From: the human T2T-CHM13v2.0 reference genome, Homo sapiens
NCBI RefSeq assembly: GCF_009914755.1
Contig: NC_060936.1
DNA: 64,000 bases
Reading direction: 5' to 3' (one strand)
Both the position numbers and the translations under genes were made by a program. The first letter of the stretch is position 1; each line of letters opens with the position of its first letter. Shown piece by piece: positions 56,870 to 64,000 of this stretch. The notes beneath the pieces were generated by a model. It made no database searches, had not been told where the DNA came from, and saw only the letters and a list, made by a program, of their open reading frames with translations.

Positions 56870-58450
56870 TTTCTTTCCAGAGATTGCAGTATGGGTGGAA
56901 ACAGCTTGAAATTTTTAACAGGGTAATATTGATAAGTGTCTCATTAAGAAGACAAAATTTCACCAAAGATTGGACAAAGCTAAGGCAGTGATCCACGCAG
57001 ACATCTGTGGGAAGAGTACTGCATACAGAGAGAAAAGCTGGTGCCAAGGTCCTAAGGTCTATTTAAGGCATCTGTTATTTAAGACATAGCAAGAGTAAAT
57101 TAGGGAGCAGTAGAAGATGATGATGTCAGAGAGACAATGGAGAGGACAGCTCATGTAGGGCGTTGAAGCCTATTGCCCAGACATTGACTCTTACTTGAAT
57201 AAAATAGGATTCATTGCAAGATTTTGAGCAGAGGAGGGATATATACTTCAGAATAAAAATAAATTAATTAAATAAGATCAGTCTGATTGCTATAATAAAA
57301 ATAGACTTTAGGGTGACAACAGGTAGAAAATGAAACCGACAAGTTGGGAGGTTGCTGCTGTAATCCAATCAAGAAAGGGTTATAGTAATACATTGACTGA
57401 AAGTGGTTAGATTCTGGACATCTTCTGAAGGCTGAACCATGAGAATTTCCTGACAGAGTACGATTTGAGAGAAAGAGTCAAAGATGACTATAAGAACTTT
57501 GATATGGAAAGATGGTGTTGCCATCAACTGATATGGGGAAGACTGGGGGTAGAGAAGGTTTGGGAGGCAGATCAGGAGTTAAATTTTGAGTATGTTAAGT
57601 TTAAGATGTCTTTGAGATATTCTAGTGATAATGCCAGGTCAAGATATTTAAATCTGGACTTAGGAGGGAAACTTGGGGTGCAGATATAAATATGATAACC
57701 TTCCATATATAAGCAAATGAGTGGATGAGATCACCAAGGGAGTGAGTAAAAGTATAAAAAAGAACAAAGAACTGAGCATGCTATGGTGTTCTAACCTTAA
57801 GGGATCTGACAGAAGAGTGAGAACCCACAAAAGAGTCCAAGAGAGCAAAGCAAAAAGATCATGGAAGGAAGCCAAGACTTTAAAAAAGTACTTTAAGGAA
57901 AATAGGGTCAAACTATGTCAAATGCCAGTTATAGGCCAAGTAAGACAAGGACTGATAACTGACCACTGGTTTGGCAACATTAAGGTCACTGGTAATATTA
58001 ACAAGAGCAGTTTTATTGAAGTGGTATGGGAAAAAGCCAGTCTACAGTGGGTTTTAGAAAGCAGGAGACGAGATTAACCAGAAACAGTGAGTATGAACAG
58101 CTGTTTTGAAGAGTTTTCCTTCAAAGGAGAGCAACTGGATAAACAAACACATAAATAAATAAAACCAAGATGGGGAAGTAGCTGGCAGGAAATTGGGGGT
58201 GAAGAGAGTTTTATTTGTAAGAAGGTTGAAATACCAGAATGAGTGTATGCCTATGGGAATGATCCAGTAGGAGGAAGCAATTGGCAATATAGGTCAGAAG
58301 AGAGGGGACTGCTTGGGCAACAGCCTTGAGCAGGAAAGAAGGGGTGAGATTCAGTTCTCAAGTAGGAAGTGTGGCTTTAAATAGTATAGGTAGTTCAATG
58401 CTATCAGGCAGAGCGCTGGAATGTGAATGCAGATGCTGGTTGTGTTTTGG
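56870..58450 (-). mobile_element. Large degenerate L2 segment (its 3' end probably at ~55790-55990)
   Basis: Purine-rich L2-like blocks (gagtcaaagatgac, gtggatgagatcaccaaggga, ggtcactggt...caagagcagttt); boundaries approximate. Confidence 0.7.
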
Positions 58451-59689
58451 GAACAATTCCATGAATAGAGCTAAAAGTTACTGAACATTTACTATACACC
58501 AAGCATCTTGGATATCTAATAAGGAAAAAAATAACTTTCATATATCCTAATTTTAAAGATGAAGGAGTTGAGGTACAGGGAGGTTTGGTGACTTCTGAGT
58601 GGTGAAATCAGTAAGCCCAGGTCTGTCCAATTCTAACTCCTGTCCTTTTAGCCCCTCTACACTGTCCCAGAACTCCTGCAAATCTGTTAGATGATTTGTG
58701 AGAACTGTGATGCGATAGCAGATCTCTAAAACTTTAATACTTTTGCAAATATCAAGCATATGGAGACAAGTCTGTTCCATATTCCATGCCACAGCTGAAT
58801 AGTCTATATTATTCAAGTCATCATAATTTTTAATATATGTCCTTTGATAGTTCCTTAAAATATATCAACACAGACTGCTATAATAATTGAAGAATGATTT
58901 GATCAGGGCAACATAAATTTTTTTTGCATCAGTTAAATTCAAATATCTTACAAAGACACAGTTTTGTTCATTTTGTAAAAATCCACTGGGTCAATGCTAA
59001 AATTAAATCTATGTTAGCTTATGAACATTCAAATATCTCTGAAAAACCTATATTTCTTAAAGCCCTTTATTTTAAAGCCATTATAAATAAATTCATATTG
59101 TAATTTAATTTTGCATATACTTTGCTACCATTAAAAATATCCACCTTTCATAAAATTAAAGAATTCATTCTGGCATAGCTAAACATTAGGACAGGGAGAT
59201 AATCAAGTTAGAAATATTGAGATTTTTGCCAAGCAGTAATGACACCTCCTTCATCAGTATACTCAGGAGAGAGCTGAAATGCAGAGCTTACTTCTTTATA
59301 TAAAAAAGAAATTTTTCAGTATTAACTTTTCTACACAGAAGTCTTTCTAATATTGTACACACACTTTGATTTCTTAAACAGTGAATTGAAATATTAAACT
59401 TTGCTTTTCTGTGACGGTTCAGGTTCATCAAATAAAAGGAAGACTTTCAAAGTATCTCAGTTATGTAGTTGTAGCTTCCCTTCTCCAAGTGGTTCCAAAT
59501 TACTGTACTTGTTTGTATAACTTTTAAAAATTTATTTTAGGTTTCATTTGTTTGTTCCTTAGTTTTCCTGTTTCCCCCAGATTGTCAGGTCATTACTTGC
59601 AACATATTGTTACTGCTAACATGCCTATTTCTAGTCTCCTGCACTCTTGATGATGAACACAACATGTGTCCCATATGGGAGCTTACAGC

Positions 59690-60518
<829 letters not shown>

Positions 60519-63500
60519 TGAATGAATGAATGAAAGGTGTAGTGTAGTGATGGTCAAGCTATTCCAAATGAGGAAAGTGAATTGCCTCTGCCAGAATTAT
60601 TGGCCCGCACCCTTTATTTTAAGCAGAGCAGCTCAGCTTTTTTTGTTGTTTTATTTGTTCATGCCTCTGAGTAAGATTCTGTTTAAACAAAGGTTTCCAA
60701 GGGCAAGAAGAAATTTAAAAAAAAAAACGCTTTTGGAAACCATGGGCAGAACATGGATCCAGAAAACCTCTCAGTCCCTTCCCATGTGACTTCAAACAAG
60801 TCAGCTAATCTCCCTGAGTATCCATTTATCAGCCTATAAAATGATAGTAAAAATAATTTTTGCCTTACCCATCTCATGAACTAGTAGTAAGAATCAAATG
60901 AGAAACTATTCAAACTATGGGTGTTATGCAATTATTTGTTGTGTGGTTTATGAGCTTTGCATTGGCTAGGAAACCAGAAGACAAGTACTTCAAAAATGTT
61001 TGAGTAAAACTTTCTGAGAAAAGACTTTATAGAGTAGATCTCCCATGTACAAAGAGTATGACCTTTAGCACATGAATATTTTGACACTGACTTTGAGTTC
61101 ACACACCTTTTTCATTTATTTCTTAGTTCTGAACTGTGTTTAGAGTAGCTTCAGTTAACAGACAACTGACTTCCAATTAAATGACATGTTCCAATATATC
61201 AACAAAATATTTATCTTTGTTTTCTCTTCCTCTTCTTCCAATTTCTGGAAACTCTGAGGGAATAGGGTGCCTAAATATGTGGGTGTGCACACACGCTCAC
61301 ACACACCCTAATGGAGATACACTGAAGCAAAATGTCCCTGTGTTTGTGACTTCTGCTCTAAAATGTATCTTTTCAGTTTGGGTAATCATCTATTTTTTTT
61401 TTCTGTTAACATTCTCTGCAGCTGTATATGACATTTTTCTTTGGCTACTTTGTTTTATCATTGTACAACTTTTCTCTCTAGGTCAAGCTCATTGTGTGAT
61501 AACCCCTCATTTCTGGATAGTCTTTCATTGTATAGACACATATCGTCCTGGGTAGTTCTCGATTTTTGTTTTTAGAAACATGCATCAAAAGTGTCCCCCG
61601 TTTATTCCCCCGCAACACACAAAATTCCAATAATCCTTTCATTGCTAAATGTTGCCTTCAAATCATTTACATGATTAGGAAAAAAAATAATGAGAAATCT
61701 GTGTGCACTGTTACAACCAAGGCATGCAGTAGAAACAGTTCTGGTAGAGGGAAGTAATACTGACTAAAATTTATGTTAACATCAGTGACAGATGTGGCTG
61801 GTCCTTTTCTGGGAGCAGACAGTAGCAGACAGTACTAGAAAAGTACTTTAAAGAAGTCTGGGGTGGGAGGGATTTACAAGAAGATGAGGTTGAAGACCTC
61901 AAAGGCAAAGGTCTTGCTTAATTTTCATTTTTGTTGAGAACAAACATCAGCAGACTCCAGTGGACTATTCACTCAATAACCAATCCCTCCTGAACACAGA
62001 GCTTTCCTTACAGTAAAAGGCCACATGCCAGGAAAAGGAGCTACAAACACCCAAAACAAACCATGGACTTAATCTGAACGTGTGTTGCAACACATAAGTC
62101 ACACTGCAGATTCCTTTCCTTCAGTAGAAATTAAAATGCATGCAGCCTAAGAACATCAGGGGGACATATGCTGTTCAAGAAACCAGAAGATACCAATCCT
62201 CTAAACTTGGAAAAACAAAAAAATAAAATACAGAAAAAAAGCCTTTTTTTCTCTATGAATATGAGAAGTGATTTTAAAATATGCATTGTCAGGGTCCATA
62301 TTACAGACGTCACAAAGTCAAAAAGAGAGTTAAGTGTTTGTGTAGCTCATTTTCTTTATGCACAGACCTACGAAATGGTATTAGAGCTGCCCTGAACAAA
62401 ACAGCAGCTGCTGCCAAAAACAACATTCATCTTCTCTTTAATCCTGCATACCAGCTATTGAAGCAGGCAGTTCCCTTGTAGCCCAAATGTATTTTGGAAG
62501 AGAGCCAACTGGCTCAACTACCCAAAGACAGGAAAGCAAGTTACCAAGATACAGGTATGGTAATTGGTCCTGAGTTCAGGTCTTCTTAACTCATATGAAC
62601 CATATCTTCCAAAAATAATCTATGTAAACCAACAACAGGATCCTCATTTGGTGAATAACCATTCAGTTCTATATGACTTCTTTTTTCAGATCTTTTTAAT
62701 TGCTTAAAAATTTACCATTAAACATTATAAGGAAAATACCTAATCATCTTACACAGACTAAAATTCTTCTCTAAGCACTGTTAAGTAATCTTAAAGGGAC
62801 AACTGAAACATTTAGTAGATTTGTTAGTTTTTGAAACTTAACTACTATCAATAAAACAGATGTTACCAGAGTAACTAATTGAAACTCAGACCAACTTGGA
62901 GTCCAAATTGGTGGGTGCCAAAATCTTGTAAAGATACTCTTCTAACTTCCCTTTTGTGAAGAAGTAAGCTAAAAATGTTTTAAAATATGGGTGATCATTA
63001 AAATATGTAATGAATATGCTCTTATAACAAAAAAAAACTAGAAAGAAATTGCTTAATATGAAAAGGCAGACAATGTAATATAATAAGGGAATTTAATGTA
63101 ACGGGAATTTAAAGATTTCAAGGTATTCAATGCATGAGAAAAATTTGGGGAAATTCACCCTTTAATAATCAGTCCTCGTTCTACATGTAAATACTACTTA
63201 AAGTGGAAATAACTCAAAATATATTGACTTCTAAGGGGCTGTGCATAGGACAAGCAGTTTGCAGATATTATTTCCTGTAATCCTCCCATCAACCAGGTAA
63301 ATATTATTACCCTACTCTGCAGGTGAGCAAAACACAATTCGGGAGAGATTAGGTAACTTCCTTATGGCCACTTTGCTAGGAAATTGCTGGATTGGATATA
63401 AACCAAAACCTACACTATCTATGCTGGAAAGAAAAATACTAGGCCAGTTAGATAATAAAACTGACTTCATTTATATTTAATGAACTACTAAATTTTATTT

Positions 63501-63894
63501 TAAAGGGTCATGTTACAGAAGGCATATAGGTCTCTTTAACTCAATCAGTTTCAAATTGAAATTACATGTCAAGTTATTACCAGGTTGAATAAATGAGTCG
63601 AGCAGGTAAATCAAGTTACACTTAGCTATAGCTTAAACAAAAATTTACATAGCTAGAGGGAGGGGAGAAACCCAAAAAATAAAGCGATAAATTGTTTCTT
63701 CTTATAAAAACAAAATTGGGTGCTTTCAGACTTCTAGTAACATTATCCCAGGGGCCACTTCTTCATTTAACAGACATGTATGGAGTATCTAATAAATACA
63801 TAAGATAAAGACAGAAAGACTATGATCACTGGCCTCAGGAAGCTCAAGCTACTAGAGAACACAGCACAGTGGTGGGAGTCAGAGAGAAAAGGCC

Positions 63895-63990
63895 CAGCCC
63901 CTCCCTCAACTGCCCCCTGCCCCAAGTACAGCTAAACCTGACTTGGGGAGGGGGGCATTTGGGGGACAGGGGCATTTGAGGGAGGGGCTG
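63895..63990. repeat. GC-rich imperfect inverted repeat with G-quadruplex-forming tracts
   Basis: cagcccctccctcaa.tgcccc pairs with ggggca.ttgagggaggggctg; ccccaagt pairs with acttgggg. Confidence 0.8.
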
Positions 63991-64000
63991 ATAGTTTCTG

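Overview
Primate (almost certainly human) genomic DNA covering most of KITLG (KIT ligand / stem cell factor) on the minus strand. Coding exons 2-9 were read directly from the sequence, each with AG/GT boundaries: 53710-53823, 40398-40460, 26657-26827, 24294-24450, 23494-23577 (cassette), 14988-15097, 14271-14338 and 13119-13195. The ~4.4 kb 3'UTR exon 10 runs from 5140 down to ~750. Exon 1 and the promoter lie beyond the right edge. The rest is AT-rich intron containing Alu, L1, L2, MIR, MaLR LTR and Tigger/Charlie relics. Nearly all supplied ORFs are spurious. I see no evidence of a new gene system. The most notable non-annotation structures are: a ~98%-identical 0.7 kb direct duplication 10.16 kb apart in intron 2; a triple UGCAUG (RBFOX) cluster just downstream of cassette exon 6; an L1 tail abutting the exon 9 donor; a fold-back insertion inside a Tigger3 element; a GC-rich inverted repeat/G4 at the right edge; and several small tandem duplications. 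Repeat subfamily calls are by eye and approximate.
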